Source: an uncultured Dehalococcoidia bacterium
Lineage (GTDB): Bacteria; Chloroflexota; Dehalococcoidia; Lucifugimonadales; UBA3495
Direction of reading: 5' to 3'
DNA length: 64,000 bases
Assembly: GCA_964343075.1 (NCBI GenBank)
Contig: CAYFGT010000006.1
Location: 2,016-66,015 of the forward strand
The translations under genes and the position numbers were made by a program. This document shows, piece by piece, positions 36,439 to 46,421 of the stretch. The notes under the pieces were generated by a model. The model had not been told where the DNA came from. It was given only the letters and a program-made list of their open reading frames with translations, and did not search any database. Each line of letters starts with the position of its first letter. Within the stretch, counting starts at the first letter, position 1.

Positions 36439-36711
36439 CTATTCTATCCCACCGGCTATAGCAGCGATGAAATGTATCTCTTTGGCTGTACTCGGGATGG
36501 GTTCCATTAATCCTAACCTGCAAGTCTCTCCATCAATAGCGACAGCCAAGTCTTCCTTAAGCTTGCGGTTGTGGACAAGCCTAGATTTGATCCCTGGGAA
36601 CGACATTTCTAGATTATCAACAACATCTCTAACATAGTTACCAACAGCTTCTATTTGCTGTTCACCATCTGTTAAGTCCAAAAACATTGTTGGGATATAA
36701 ACTATCGCCAT
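36439..36711 (-). CDS. MoaD/ThiS/CysO-like ubiquitin-fold sulfur-carrier-type protein with a GG-IE C-terminus
   Basis: 90 aa. V.IPT....T.G...IEAVG..V.DVVDNLE..FPGIK.RL ... AAIAGGIE. Colinear with my recollection of mycobacterial CysO, but with two residues after the diglycine. Confidence 0.65.
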   Translation of the reverse strand: MAIVYIPTMFLDLTDGEQQIEAVGNYVRDVVDNLEMSFPGIKSRLVHNRKLKEDLAVAIDGETCRLGLMEPIPSTAKEIHFIAAIAGGIE

Positions 36712-36767
36712 TGTTAGAACTGCATTATTATCCGCTTTTACTAAATTTTATACCTATTGGAGGTCTA

Positions 36768-37244
36768 CTATTTAGACCTCATCCTTTCGCCAGCATCAAG
36801 AACTGCTCTAACAATTTTGTCATATCCAGTACATCTACATAAATTGCCTGCCAACCAATGGCGAATTCTCGCTTCATCTGCGTCTGGTTCCCTTTCTAAA
36901 AGCCCTTTTGCAGCCATTATAAATCCTGGGGTACAGATACCACACTGCAAAGCAGCGTTCTCCAAGAAAGCCTGTTGAATAGGATGCAGACCTTCGGCGT
37001 CAGCAACCCCTTCAATGGTAGTTATCTCTTTCCCTTCTGCCTCTACTCCTAAAACCAAACATGAATTTACAATTCGGCCATCTACTGACACTGTGCATGC
37101 TCCACAGTTCCCGTCATTACAGCCTTCTTTTGACCCAGTCATATTAAGAACGTCTCTTAATACTTCTAAAAGACTCTGTCTTGGTTCACAGAGATACTCA
37201 ACAGGGTTCCCATTTATAGTTGTTTTCACATGTACATTGGCCAT
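36768..37244 (-). CDS. [2Fe-2S]-binding small subunit of a Mo-hydroxylase (CoxS-like)
   Basis: 158 aa. GCNDGNCGACTV and CRCTGY cluster motifs. Confidence 0.9.
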   Translation of the reverse strand: MANVHVKTTINGNPVEYLCEPRQSLLEVLRDVLNMTGSKEGCNDGNCGACTVSVDGRIVNSCLVLGVEAEGKEITTIEGVADAEGLHPIQQAFLENAALQCGICTPGFIMAAKGLLEREPDADEARIRHWLAGNLCRCTGYDKIVRAVLDAGERMRSK

Positions 37245-37258
37245 GATTATTTCTCTCC

Positions 37259-38170
37259 TTATGCCTTAGACTCAAAATGCCATAAAGTGTTCATTTCGAG
37301 ACCTTTCGCCCTCGCAATAGACTCTTCTAAGGTTCGTCTTGTAAACACTTCCACCAAGTGCTTTCGCTGATCCACCGTTCCCCTCATATCTGTTATTGGG
37401 GTAGCAGCATTTTTAGCCATTTGTGCTGCTTGGGCTATATTGTCATCATTAATTTCTTTACCAGTCAGAAATTCGCCTGCGTCTGATACGAAGATTGGCG
37501 TAGGCCCAACAGATGCGAGAGCAATCCTAGCTGACTCAAATTTGGTCCCATTGTCGTCAAGCACCACAGATGTACCTACACCAACTACAGCTATATCCAT
37601 TTCATTTCTTGGGATAAAACGCTGGTAGTTAGCTCCAAATCCTTTCGGCGGGATTGGCACAGAAATCGATACTAGAATCTCTCCGTTGTCCATAGCGTTT
37701 CTTCCAGGACCAATGCAAAATTCTTCAACAGACAGTTGTCTGCTACCATTTTTACCAGTGATGTTACAAACTGCATTATGGGCTATCAATGCAGGAATTC
37801 CGTCACCACTTGGTGCTGAATTACATAAGTTCCCGCCAAAGGTAGCCCTGCCTTGTATTTGAATTCCACCAATTAAAGTTGCTGAATCCATTAATCCTGG
37901 GAAGATTCCAACCAGTTCAGGATCCTGATAAATCCGGTACAATTCTACCGCCGCTCCAATTTCTAAACCTTTTGACGAATCAAAAGTATAAGTATTCATC
38001 GCATCAATATTTTTGACATCAACAACTGTATCTAAACTATATCTGCCACCCCTTAACTGGACCAAAAGATCAGTTCCACCAGCTAAAACTCTAGCTTTAT
38101 CGCCTTTGGATGACAAGATTTCAATAGCTTCTTCAACAGTATTAGGTACTGCGTAATCAATAGCTTCCAA
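37259..38170 (-). CDS. FAD-binding medium subunit of a Mo-hydroxylase (CoxM-like)
   Basis: 303 aa with a TTG start preceded by AGGAGGTGA. LAGGTDLLVQL FAD motif. Confidence 0.85.
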   Translation of the reverse strand: MEAIDYAVPNTVEEAIEILSSKGDKARVLAGGTDLLVQLRGGRYSLDTVVDVKNIDAMNTYTFDSSKGLEIGAAVELYRIYQDPELVGIFPGLMDSATLIGGIQIQGRATFGGNLCNSAPSGDGIPALIAHNAVCNITGKNGSRQLSVEEFCIGPGRNAMDNGEILVSISVPIPPKGFGANYQRFIPRNEMDIAVVGVGTSVVLDDNGTKFESARIALASVGPTPIFVSDAGEFLTGKEINDDNIAQAAQMAKNAATPITDMRGTVDQRKHLVEVFTRRTLEESIARAKGLEMNTLWHFESKA

Positions 38171-38234
38171 TTGGTCACCTCCTATCTAACGAAATCATAC
38201 CATATGCTATTCTAACTGTCACACTAAAATATAT

Positions 38235-39506
38235 CTAATTAGCTTCCAGTGGGTGCACTGGTTTTCTTGCAAGCGCAAAACTAATAGCCCCTAATGCAAA
38301 TATCATTCCAAAAGTTACCAAAGAGATCGAATAACTGCCTGTTTCATCTCGGAGCCAACCTGCATAAAGAGGTGTAACGAACATGAATAAATTATGAAAC
38401 ACACTCATGATTCCCATCAACGTAGCAAAACGAGCTTGTCCATAATAATTAGCCAACATGAGCCAATTAGTTGAAGTGATACCTTCGATTAGAGCTATAC
38501 ACAACGAAAAAACGATAGCACCAGCAATATTACCACTAGACCACAAAATAAAAACACCTGCTGAACCAGCGAGCATTCCAGCGCATAAAATTATTCTAGG
38601 AGAAAAAAAATCTGTAGCATATCCCATAAAAAATCTCAATGGCACACCTATTCCCATCGTTAGGCTCCATAACATTGTGGCCATCGAGGACCCTATTCCA
38701 TATAAATTCATTATAGGAAACCAGTGAATTAGCATCGCATTTGTAGCACCCGTCCTACATACCAATCCAATTAATATCAACCAGAAAGGGACAGTGCTTA
38801 AGGCTTCTTTCACATTGAACCCTTCAAATCTTTTCTGACTCTTTAATACTTCACCCTCTTCAGAAATATCAATTTCGGGCAGATCTCCATCAGGTAGAAG
38901 TCCCATATCTTCCGGCTTACTTCTAACCACTAAGGATACTGGTATGGTAAGAAGCATAATAAATATTCCCATAACCAACACCGTGGCTCTCCATCCGTAC
39001 GCATTAATTCCAAAATTGAGTACAGGAACCACGATTGCCCCACCAGCAGCGAATGATGTCATAAGCGTCGACATCGCTATCGCTTTCTTTCGTACAAACC
39101 ATCTGTTAACCAAACCCATAAGAGTTTGCCCTAACCCTGCACTCTTGCCCAAGGATACTAGTCCAACAAACAAGAATATCAACTGCCAATAACTTTGAAC
39201 AAAAGAAACCAAAATCAGCCCCAAACCAGCACACAATCCACCGAAAAATATCATTGGCCTAGCTCCATAATTATCGACTAGCCATCCTACTAACGGGCCA
39301 ACTACGCTGCCTTCAGCTCTTTGCAAACTGAATACTAATGACATTTGTGCATAACTTATGGACAGGTCATTCCGGATAGGTTCAAAAAAACGTGAGAATC
39401 CGTTAGATATTACCCCATTTCCAAACATACCTTGGATAGCTGCGAATAATACTACCCACCATCCATAAAATATTTTTTGTTCACCTTTGGGTTTTGATTC
39501 AGTCAA
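38235..39506 (-). CDS. MFS transporter (oxalate/formate antiporter-like), paralogue of 28140..29450
   Basis: 423 aa. FYGWWVV N-terminus and central loop KPEDMGLLPDGDL. Colinear with the other MFS. Confidence 0.8.
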   Translation of the reverse strand: MTESKPKGEQKIFYGWWVVLFAAIQGMFGNGVISNGFSRFFEPIRNDLSISYAQMSLVFSLQRAEGSVVGPLVGWLVDNYGARPMIFFGGLCAGLGLILVSFVQSYWQLIFLFVGLVSLGKSAGLGQTLMGLVNRWFVRKKAIAMSTLMTSFAAGGAIVVPVLNFGINAYGWRATVLVMGIFIMLLTIPVSLVVRSKPEDMGLLPDGDLPEIDISEEGEVLKSQKRFEGFNVKEALSTVPFWLILIGLVCRTGATNAMLIHWFPIMNLYGIGSSMATMLWSLTMGIGVPLRFFMGYATDFFSPRIILCAGMLAGSAGVFILWSSGNIAGAIVFSLCIALIEGITSTNWLMLANYYGQARFATLMGIMSVFHNLFMFVTPLYAGWLRDETGSYSISLVTFGMIFALGAISFALARKPVHPLEAN

Positions 39507-39537
39507 ATTGACCTACCAACGCAACCGTACTCCTAAA

Positions 39538-40005
39538 TTAATCAGCTTGATCGAATTGCACTATCATTCCATCTGGATCATAAACAAAAAAACTCGAATC
39601 CGTTCCTGCAGCGTTCATTTCACTAGCAAACTTAACACCATTGTCCATCAAATGCTTCCTAGTAGCGGATAAATCGGTCATTGAAAAAGAGAAATGACTA
39701 ATTCCCACTTGATCCAACTTGATAGGTTTTCCATCTACCACGTCGTCAGGGTGTGTGGTCATGATAAAATGAGGGTCTGCATTTTCAGCAAACCGTAACC
39801 TGACTTGACGACGATTGTTTCTACTATGCGCATAAATTGCTGGTAAACCTCCACCAGTCGTGTCTTGAATCCTGTCAAAATCCACTATCATGCCCACAAT
39901 ATCTCGATAAAACTTTAATGACTCATCTATGTCTCTAACACAAAATGCTATATGAGACACTCCTTTACAATCCATAATATACCCCCTCATATATTCACCG
40001 AACAC
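39538..40005 (-). CDS. VOC/glyoxalase-family protein
   Basis: 155 aa (possibly starting at the internal MDCKGVSHIAF). VSHIAFCVRD and GISHFSF paired beta-alpha-beta-beta-beta motifs. Confidence 0.7.
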   Translation of the reverse strand: MFGEYMRGYIMDCKGVSHIAFCVRDIDESLKFYRDIVGMIVDFDRIQDTTGGGLPAIYAHSRNNRRQVRLRFAENADPHFIMTTHPDDVVDGKPIKLDQVGISHFSFSMTDLSATRKHLMDNGVKFASEMNAAGTDSSFFVYDPDGMIVQFDQAD

Positions 40006-40080
40006 AAACGACCAGCATTACAATTGTTCGATATCAACTAAGAATATACTCTAAACTAAGTAATTTTGAAAATCGGCGGG

Positions 40081-40109
40081 TTGACACATAGCAACGACTA
40101 ACTTAAAAT
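40081..40109 (+). promoter_or_regulatory. near-consensus promoter TTGACA-N17-TAAAAT upstream of rplU
   Basis: -35 at 40081..40086 and -10 at 40104..40109. The rplU ATG at 40126 implies a very short leader. Confidence 0.5.
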
Positions 40110-40125
40110 TTTCGTTCGGGTATTT

Positions 40126-40440
40126 ATGAATTACGCAATTATTAAAACAGGTGGCAAGCAATATAAAGTTCAACCAGGCGACGTCTTGGATGTAGAGCTG
40201 TTGTCTGAACAAGAAGGGTCAACTACAGAATTTGACCAAGTTCTTGCTATATCGGATGGGGAGACCATAAACTTCGGAAGCCCCACGATCCCTAACGCCA
40301 AAGTGACTGCTGAAATCCAAAAACACTACAAAGATAAGAAATTAATCGTGTTTAAGTACAAAGCAAAGAATAGATACAGACTTAAAAAAGGGCACAGGCA
40401 AAACTACACACGGATCTCCATAAAAGAAATATCTGCGTAA
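40126..40440 (+). CDS. rplU: 50S ribosomal protein L21
   Basis: 104 aa. MNYAIIKTGGKQYKV N-terminus. Confidence 0.95.
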   Translation: MNYAIIKTGGKQYKVQPGDVLDVELLSEQEGSTTEFDQVLAISDGETINFGSPTIPNAKVTAEIQKHYKDKKLIVFKYKAKNRYRLKKGHRQNYTRISIKEISA

Positions 40441-40463
40441 AGAGCGCAAATTAGGAAATAATT

Positions 40464-40718
40464 ATGGCACATAAGAAAGCGGGTGGAAGCACTAATAACG
40501 GCAGAGATAGTAACGCAAAAAGACTAGGTGTGAAAAAATTCGGAGGAGAAATAGTAATCCCTGGAAACATAATAATCCGACAAAGAGGTACCAAAATCAG
40601 ACCAGGTACTAACGTAGGTATCGGTAAAGATCACACCATATATTCGCTGATATCCGGAAAAGTAAATTTTGAATGGGATACTCGCAAACGGAAACGTGTA
40701 AGCGTGTACCCTGATTAA
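40464..40718 (+). CDS. rpmA: 50S ribosomal protein L27
   Basis: 84 aa. [20 protein letters not shown] signature. Confidence 0.95.
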   Translation: MAHKKAGGSTNNGRDSNAKRLGVKKFGGEIVIPGNIIIRQRGTKIRPGTNVGIGKDHTIYSLISGKVNFEWDTRKRKRVSVYPD

Positions 40719-40735
40719 TAGCAGGTTCAACTAAA

Positions 40736-40939
40736 ATGAAACAAGATATCCACCCAGAATTTGTAAACTCCACTGTTACCTGCTCATGCGGTGCAACTAT
40801 AGAAACAGCTTCTACGAAACCTGCTCTACGAATTGAGATATGTGGCACATGCCACCCTTTCTACACAGGCGAGCAACGTATAGTAGATACTCAAGGGCGA
40901 ATAGAACGTCTACGACGTAGATACAGGATGGACGAATAA
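40736..40939 (+). CDS. rpmE: 50S ribosomal protein L31 (Zn-binding type)
   Basis: 67 aa. MKQDIHPEF..., CSCG...CGTCHPFYTG. Confidence 0.9.
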   Translation: MKQDIHPEFVNSTVTCSCGATIETASTKPALRIEICGTCHPFYTGEQRIVDTQGRIERLRRRYRMDE

Positions 40940-41009
40940 TAACCTTCCCTATGGTATTCACAACTTATCCATTCGGGCTACATTCTTCCATCACACCTCT
41001 GAGTTAACG

Positions 41010-41903
41010 ATGCCTAACTCTCCTATAACCACATATGGTGGCCAAGCCGTTATAGAAGGTGTGATGATTAGGGGACAAAAATTTTACTCTTTATCAGTAC
41101 GGCGGCCCGACGGATCAATCACCACAGATGTTGAACCCATAAGTTCACATTTCATTGGAACATTACGAAAAGTCCCTTTTTTACGAGGTATATTAGTTCT
41201 GGCTGAAACATTAACCATTGGAGTAAAAGCTCTCCATAAATCATCATTACTAGCCACTGAAACAGATGAATTATCAGAAAGTACAATCTCTAACATTGCA
41301 TTGATAGGTACAATTGCAATATCTTTGATGATCGGCATAGGTATATTTTTCATATTCCCAGCAGTTGCGTTAGAAAGTGTGGATTCATTCATTAATTCAG
41401 AACTTATTAGTAACATCCTTGAAGGGATATTAAGACTAGCAGTATTAGTAGCATATGTGTCGATCATTGGAATATTTCCAGATATCCAACGAGTTTATCA
41501 ATACCATGGAGCTGAACACATGTCGATTCATGCTCTAGAACATGGAAAACCTTTGACTGTTGATGCCGTACGAGCTTTCCCTACTCCTCACCCTCGGTGC
41601 GGTACAGCATTTTTGCTTACTGTAATGGTCGTATCAATTTTAGTCTTTGCGGCAATTGGAGACTCTGGATTCATCAGTAGAATAATCTCTAGAATACTCC
41701 TTATCCCGGTTATAGCTGCGATCAGTTATGAAATTATCAGATTTGCTGGTACCCACCCTAATTCAATTGTAAGTTCAATAGTGTCTAGTCCCGGATTATT
41801 ACTTCAAAAGATCACTACCAAATCTCCAGATGACTCTCAGATCGAAGTAGCTATTTCAGCAGTACAGGCAGTCATCCAAGCTGACTCATCTTCGAATTCC
41901 TGA
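41010..41903 (+). CDS. DUF1385 family membrane protein
   Basis: 297 aa. YGGQAVIEGVMIRG N-terminus, YHGAEHM and HPRCGT motifs. Confidence 0.8.
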   Translation: MPNSPITTYGGQAVIEGVMIRGQKFYSLSVRRPDGSITTDVEPISSHFIGTLRKVPFLRGILVLAETLTIGVKALHKSSLLATETDELSESTISNIALIGTIAISLMIGIGIFFIFPAVALESVDSFINSELISNILEGILRLAVLVAYVSIIGIFPDIQRVYQYHGAEHMSIHALEHGKPLTVDAVRAFPTPHPRCGTAFLLTVMVVSILVFAAIGDSGFISRIISRILLIPVIAAISYEIIRFAGTHPNSIVSSIVSSPGLLLQKITTKSPDDSQIEVAISAVQAVIQADSSSNS

Positions 41904-43115
41904 TCTCACGAACAAAAGTACGATAGCAGACAATATCCTGACCAAACCCATTAATATAAAGACTAATATCCAATTCCCTAACATTCCTACAATCAAGCTA
42001 ACAATCACGGCTTGAACGCCAGCATAAAAGTAACCATGGGCATCCACAAGTGAGGACGTTGTAGCAGACATGTCTTTGCCAAAAAAGTCTACCGCCATTA
42101 CCGGCAGTTGCGACATACCCAAACTAACGCCACCTACGAGCATCAAAATGGCTCCTAATTTTGTATAACTAGGATCAACCATACAAATACAGAACAACAC
42201 TAGAGCACTACCTATACAAGACACCAATGTCAAAGGCTTTCGATTGCTCGAAAGAAACTTATCTGAAATCAATCCCGCTATAGGAGGAGCCACTGCATAA
42301 CCAATTGGCATCATTATCGTTACAACAATGGTTGAAGAAATATCAAATCCGCCCTTGTCGTAATAGTACAAAGGTATCCATGTCATCAGACCATATCTCA
42401 CCACATTTTCTAGCCCTTTGATATGGCTCACCAAATGGAAATCCTTACTTTTAAATAATAACCAATATTTTTTTTTAAAGCTCTTTTGTTTTTTAACCTG
42501 AACATCATTTGAATCGTAAAATCCCGCAGCTTTAGGATAATCCTTAGTGAAAAACAATACTAACAAAGCAAATAACCCAATCACTATAGGAGGATATCTA
42601 AAAGATGCACGCCATCCCCATGTCGCTCCAATCAAACCTGTTGCAACCCACATCAATAACATAGCGGTACCAGATGCACCTGAAACTACGCCTAATGCGA
42701 AGCCTCGTTCTTGACGATCCCACCAGTGACTGACCATCCCTATCCCGGGTGCCCAACACGCAGCATTGAAAAATCCACATAAAAACCAAGGCAGCAGAAA
42801 GTAAATAAAACCTCCGCTAAAACTAACTACAATATTACAAATAACAGTGAACATTGCTCCGAGCACTATCCATCGTCTGAAACCATACTTCTCTGATAGT
42901 GACCCATGTATCACATCTCCTAGGCAAAAACCCCATAATACCGATGCATTAAGAAGCCCAATTTGTATATGTGACAGAACTAAATCATCTCTAATCAATG
43001 GAGCCATCGGCCAAAAATTAAATCGACCCAAATAGTTGGTAGTGTAAAAAACGGAAAATATTATAAGGACTTTCCATTTCCAAAAACTATACGAATTCAG
43101 ATAATGCGGCATCAA
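41886..43115 (-). CDS. MFS transporter (organophosphate/anion-type)
   Basis: 409 aa with 12 TM segments. The 3' end overlaps the convergent DUF1385 gene by 18 nt. Confidence 0.75.
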   Translation of the reverse strand: MMPHYLNSYSFWKWKVLIIFSVFYTTNYLGRFNFWPMAPLIRDDLVLSHIQIGLLNASVLWGFCLGDVIHGSLSEKYGFRRWIVLGAMFTVICNIVVSFSGGFIYFLLPWFLCGFFNAACWAPGIGMVSHWWDRQERGFALGVVSGASGTAMLLMWVATGLIGATWGWRASFRYPPIVIGLFALLVLFFTKDYPKAAGFYDSNDVQVKKQKSFKKKYWLLFKSKDFHLVSHIKGLENVVRYGLMTWIPLYYYDKGGFDISSTIVVTIMMPIGYAVAPPIAGLISDKFLSSNRKPLTLVSCIGSALVLFCICMVDPSYTKLGAILMLVGGVSLGMSQLPVMAVDFFGKDMSATTSSLVDAHGYFYAGVQAVIVSLIVGMLGNWILVFILMGLVRILSAIVLLFVRSGIRR

Positions 43116-43122
43116 CAGCCAC

Positions 43123-44604
43123 TCATCTGGTACACATATCTTGAACTAATTGAACCAACGTCAACACAGGATGCCCTGTCGCCCCTTTGGTATCACTACC
43201 CCTATCTTGAGTCGTAGTAGATGTTCCAGCAATGTCCATATGAATCCAATTCATCTCACCAGCAAACTTCTCAAGCAATTTAGCAGCTGTGATAGAACCG
43301 GCTTGCCTACCTCCAGTATTTTTCATGTCTGCGACGTCACTTTTTATTAATTCATCGTACTCTTCAAACAATGGAAGTTCCCAAAATTTTTCACCCGTAG
43401 ATTGAGCAGCCTTACGCAATGCTTCACCAAATATAGAACTGTTAGTCATATATCCAGTACACACCTTCCCAAGAGTAACCACCATTGCACCAGTAAGAGT
43501 AGCAATATCTACAACATTCTTTATTCCTTTAGACTCAGCATAAGATAGGGCGTCTGCCAATACTAATCTGCCTTCGGCGTCGGTATTAATAACTTCAATT
43601 GTTTTTCCGTTCATTGCTCGGACCACATCTCCAGGCTTCTGTGCATTACCGCCAGGCATATTTTCTGTAGCTGCAACAATTCCGGTCACATTAATCTTGG
43701 GTTGCAAGTGGGATATTATTTGCATAGCGCCTATCACTGACGCTCCACCTGCCATATCTCCTTTCATACTTTCCATTCCTCCCGGCGGTTTAAGAGATAT
43801 TCCTCCAGTATCAAATGTAATACCTTTACCTATCAAACCAATATTATTGCCAGGGTTTTCCGAATCCCCCGAATACTCCATAACTATCAATTTTGCCGGT
43901 TGTACGCTACCTTTTGCTACTCCCAACAACGATTCCATTCCTAGTTGTTCCATGTCAGATTCTTCTAATATGCTAACCTTCAAATCTGTGTCAGAACCTA
44001 TCCTTGTAGCGACATCTGCCATGTCACTCGGCGTCATCCGGTTAGCAGGTGCATTGGCTAAGTCACGAGCAAGTTCAATTCCTTTTGCAATATTCAACCC
44101 ATTACTAATTGCGTCAAGGTTTTTATCCGTGCCATCTGATATAAAAGTGAAACTTAGACTATCTTCAGTACTATCTTTCTTAGGGGATTTCCATTCTGTA
44201 AACTTATAAAGGCCCAATATGACTCCAACAACAATGCTCTCAATGACACTGTCTGGTTCTTTGTCTATGTTAGGCCTATCGACCATTAGAATTTGAGAGT
44301 CATTTATATTATGTCTAGTCAATAACCTTCCTAGATCACCAGCAACATTTCTCAACATGGAACTGCTGATTTTTTCTACCGGACCCAGTCCTATTAGTAC
44401 AACTCTCCGGTAACCGTCTCCTTCAACAACATTCAGCACTAATGATTGACCTTTTTTACCAGAAAATTGATTTTCTGTTGCTAATTTTTTTAGTAGGCCG
44501 CTCAACTGTGAATTTTCTAATTTTATTTCTTCACCTTCGACAGCTAAGCATATCAACGGCCTTTCTATATTTATCTCAGAGTCAATATTAAAATCACATT
44601 TCAT
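43123..44604 (-). CDS. pepA: leucyl aminopeptidase (M17)
   Basis: 493 aa. NTDAEGRLVLAD signature and GKGITFDTGG. Confidence 0.9.
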   Translation of the reverse strand: MKCDFNIDSEINIERPLICLAVEGEEIKLENSQLSGLLKKLATENQFSGKKGQSLVLNVVEGDGYRRVVLIGLGPVEKISSSMLRNVAGDLGRLLTRHNINDSQILMVDRPNIDKEPDSVIESIVVGVILGLYKFTEWKSPKKDSTEDSLSFTFISDGTDKNLDAISNGLNIAKGIELARDLANAPANRMTPSDMADVATRIGSDTDLKVSILEESDMEQLGMESLLGVAKGSVQPAKLIVMEYSGDSENPGNNIGLIGKGITFDTGGISLKPPGGMESMKGDMAGGASVIGAMQIISHLQPKINVTGIVAATENMPGGNAQKPGDVVRAMNGKTIEVINTDAEGRLVLADALSYAESKGIKNVVDIATLTGAMVVTLGKVCTGYMTNSSIFGEALRKAAQSTGEKFWELPLFEEYDELIKSDVADMKNTGGRQAGSITAAKLLEKFAGEMNWIHMDIAGTSTTTQDRGSDTKGATGHPVLTLVQLVQDMCTR

Positions 44605-44613
44605 CGTTAATTC

Positions 44614-45192
44614 TTAATCTCCAATACGTTCGCTAAGTTCGTTAATGATCCACTCAATCTCTGCGGACGAATCCACTATATAATCACAATTAGGTATATG
44701 TTTCTGATTAGGTTTAAGCATCATATACACACTCCAATCAGCATCAGATTCATAATCATTCTGTCCATGACTTCGCAAAGATAGCCTGGTTTTTATCACC
44801 GATTCATCAGCTTCACATCGAATGATTATACATTCGATGTTATTAGCTTCGGCTATCTTTCTCAAAGGGTTTATGGCGTGTGTATTCAAATTTGTAGCAT
44901 CAAATATTACTCCAAATTTGTTATCAATAACTTCTTTAATATACGAATGACATGCTCTAAACACTCGGTAGTGTTCATTTGACGTATATTTAGGCCGACG
45001 AACCAACGCCTTTCGCACAGCATCACTTGAAATCACAATATAACCTATTTCTGTAGCGATCCTATGAGATAAATACGATTTACCAGTCCCTGGAAGCCCC
45101 GACATTACAATCAGAGGCAACGTTCCTTTATCCATAGGTTTCAGCTTGATATCCTTATATTTACATCGCAACAACTGTAAGTCAGAGGCCAC
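44614..45192 (-). CDS. P-loop kinase-like ATPase (AAA_33-type)
   Basis: 192 aa with a GTG start preceded by GGAGG. Walker A GLPGTGKS. Confidence 0.6.
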   Translation of the reverse strand: MASDLQLLRCKYKDIKLKPMDKGTLPLIVMSGLPGTGKSYLSHRIATEIGYIVISSDAVRKALVRRPKYTSNEHYRVFRACHSYIKEVIDNKFGVIFDATNLNTHAINPLRKIAEANNIECIIIRCEADESVIKTRLSLRSHGQNDYESDADWSVYMMLKPNQKHIPNCDYIVDSSAEIEWIINELSERIGD

Positions 45193-45252
45193 TGTATACC
45201 TCCACTAGCTTATCTAGATATTGGCTTAAACCAGATTCTACCAGTATTACCT

Positions 45253-45534
45253 CTACACAACGCTTTTCAAGGCAGTTTCGATTATTGTTAAAACGATAAT
45301 CGCTATTAATGGGCTAAAATCCAACATTCCTGTACTAGGCAACAATCTTCGAATCGGCCTCAAAACAGGCTCTGTGATTTGTGCCACCACAGTATTTAAC
45401 AACATTATTATAGGATGTACTGAACCGCCTCTCTGCATCATGAATTGAACTATTAGCGACAAAATCACATTAGCTAAAATCGCATAGATTAGAAAATTGA
45501 CTAAACCATAAAGTAATGCAAATATAAATAACAA
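45253..45534 (-). CDS. YggT family membrane protein
   Basis: 93 aa with 2-3 TM segments. ITEPVLRPIRRLLP motif. Confidence 0.7.
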   Translation of the reverse strand: MLFIFALLYGLVNFLIYAILANVILSLIVQFMMQRGGSVHPIIMLLNTVVAQITEPVLRPIRRLLPSTGMLDFSPLIAIIVLTIIETALKSVV

Positions 45535-45564
45535 TATACTGACCTCTTATTCAAAAATTTAAAA

Positions 45565-46365
45565 TTATTTGCCCAATTCCAAAGATTTATTATATGCCGC
45601 TTCTACAGCTTTCATAATCGCATGAGGTACTCCCGCACTCTCTAAAACCAGTAAGCCTGCAGCTGTAGTTCCACCTGGTGAAACCACTCGATCAGACAAT
45701 TCTTTTATATGAACATCACTGGAATCAATTAATTCCGCTGTTCCTTTAACCATCTGGACCGCTAACATTTTTGACATTTCTCTAGACATACCTAATAACA
45801 CACCCGCATCTGCCAATGCGTCAATGACCATCAGTATATATGCCGGACCACTCGCACTTAGTCCGGTTGCCATATCAATATATTTTTCTTCTTGAACTAA
45901 ATATTGCTTCCCGATTCCTTCAAGTACCCTAGTGACTATGTCTTTATGGTCTTCGGGCACTCCAGTAGCACACATCCATACACTCATACCACATTGAACC
46001 TGAGCAGGAGTATTAGGCATCACTCGGATCACTGAATTTGTATTGAATCCCGTCTGCAATTGTGCAACTGCCACTCCTGCAGCGATAGATACTATTGTGT
46101 GCTTCGCCGTTAATTGATTTGATATTCCTTGCCCTACAGAATTTATATCTTGTGGTTTTACTGCAACAAAAATTACTGACCCAAATTCAACTACCGACTT
46201 ATTATCGGCAACTACGTTCACGTCATATGACTTCTGTAGCTGTTCTAATCGACCTTCCGAAATATCGGAAACCATGATGTCAGCTGAAGGGAGTACTTCA
46301 GATTTAATTATCCCGGAGATTATGGCCTCAGCCATAACTCCTCCTCCAATGAAACCTATGCGCAT
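45565..46365 (-). CDS. proC: pyrroline-5-carboxylate reductase
   Basis: 266 aa. IGFIGGGVMAEA NAD(P) motif and C-terminal VVSPGGTT. Confidence 0.9.
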   Translation of the reverse strand: MRIGFIGGGVMAEAIISGIIKSEVLPSADIMVSDISEGRLEQLQKSYDVNVVADNKSVVEFGSVIFVAVKPQDINSVGQGISNQLTAKHTIVSIAAGVAVAQLQTGFNTNSVIRVMPNTPAQVQCGMSVWMCATGVPEDHKDIVTRVLEGIGKQYLVQEEKYIDMATGLSASGPAYILMVIDALADAGVLLGMSREMSKMLAVQMVKGTAELIDSSDVHIKELSDRVVSPGGTTAAGLLVLESAGVPHAIMKAVEAAYNKSLELGK

Positions 46366-46421
46366 ATTTTCCTAACCTTTGAATCTGTAAATCAGTCAGA
46401 TTATATCATTTAACAATTGTG

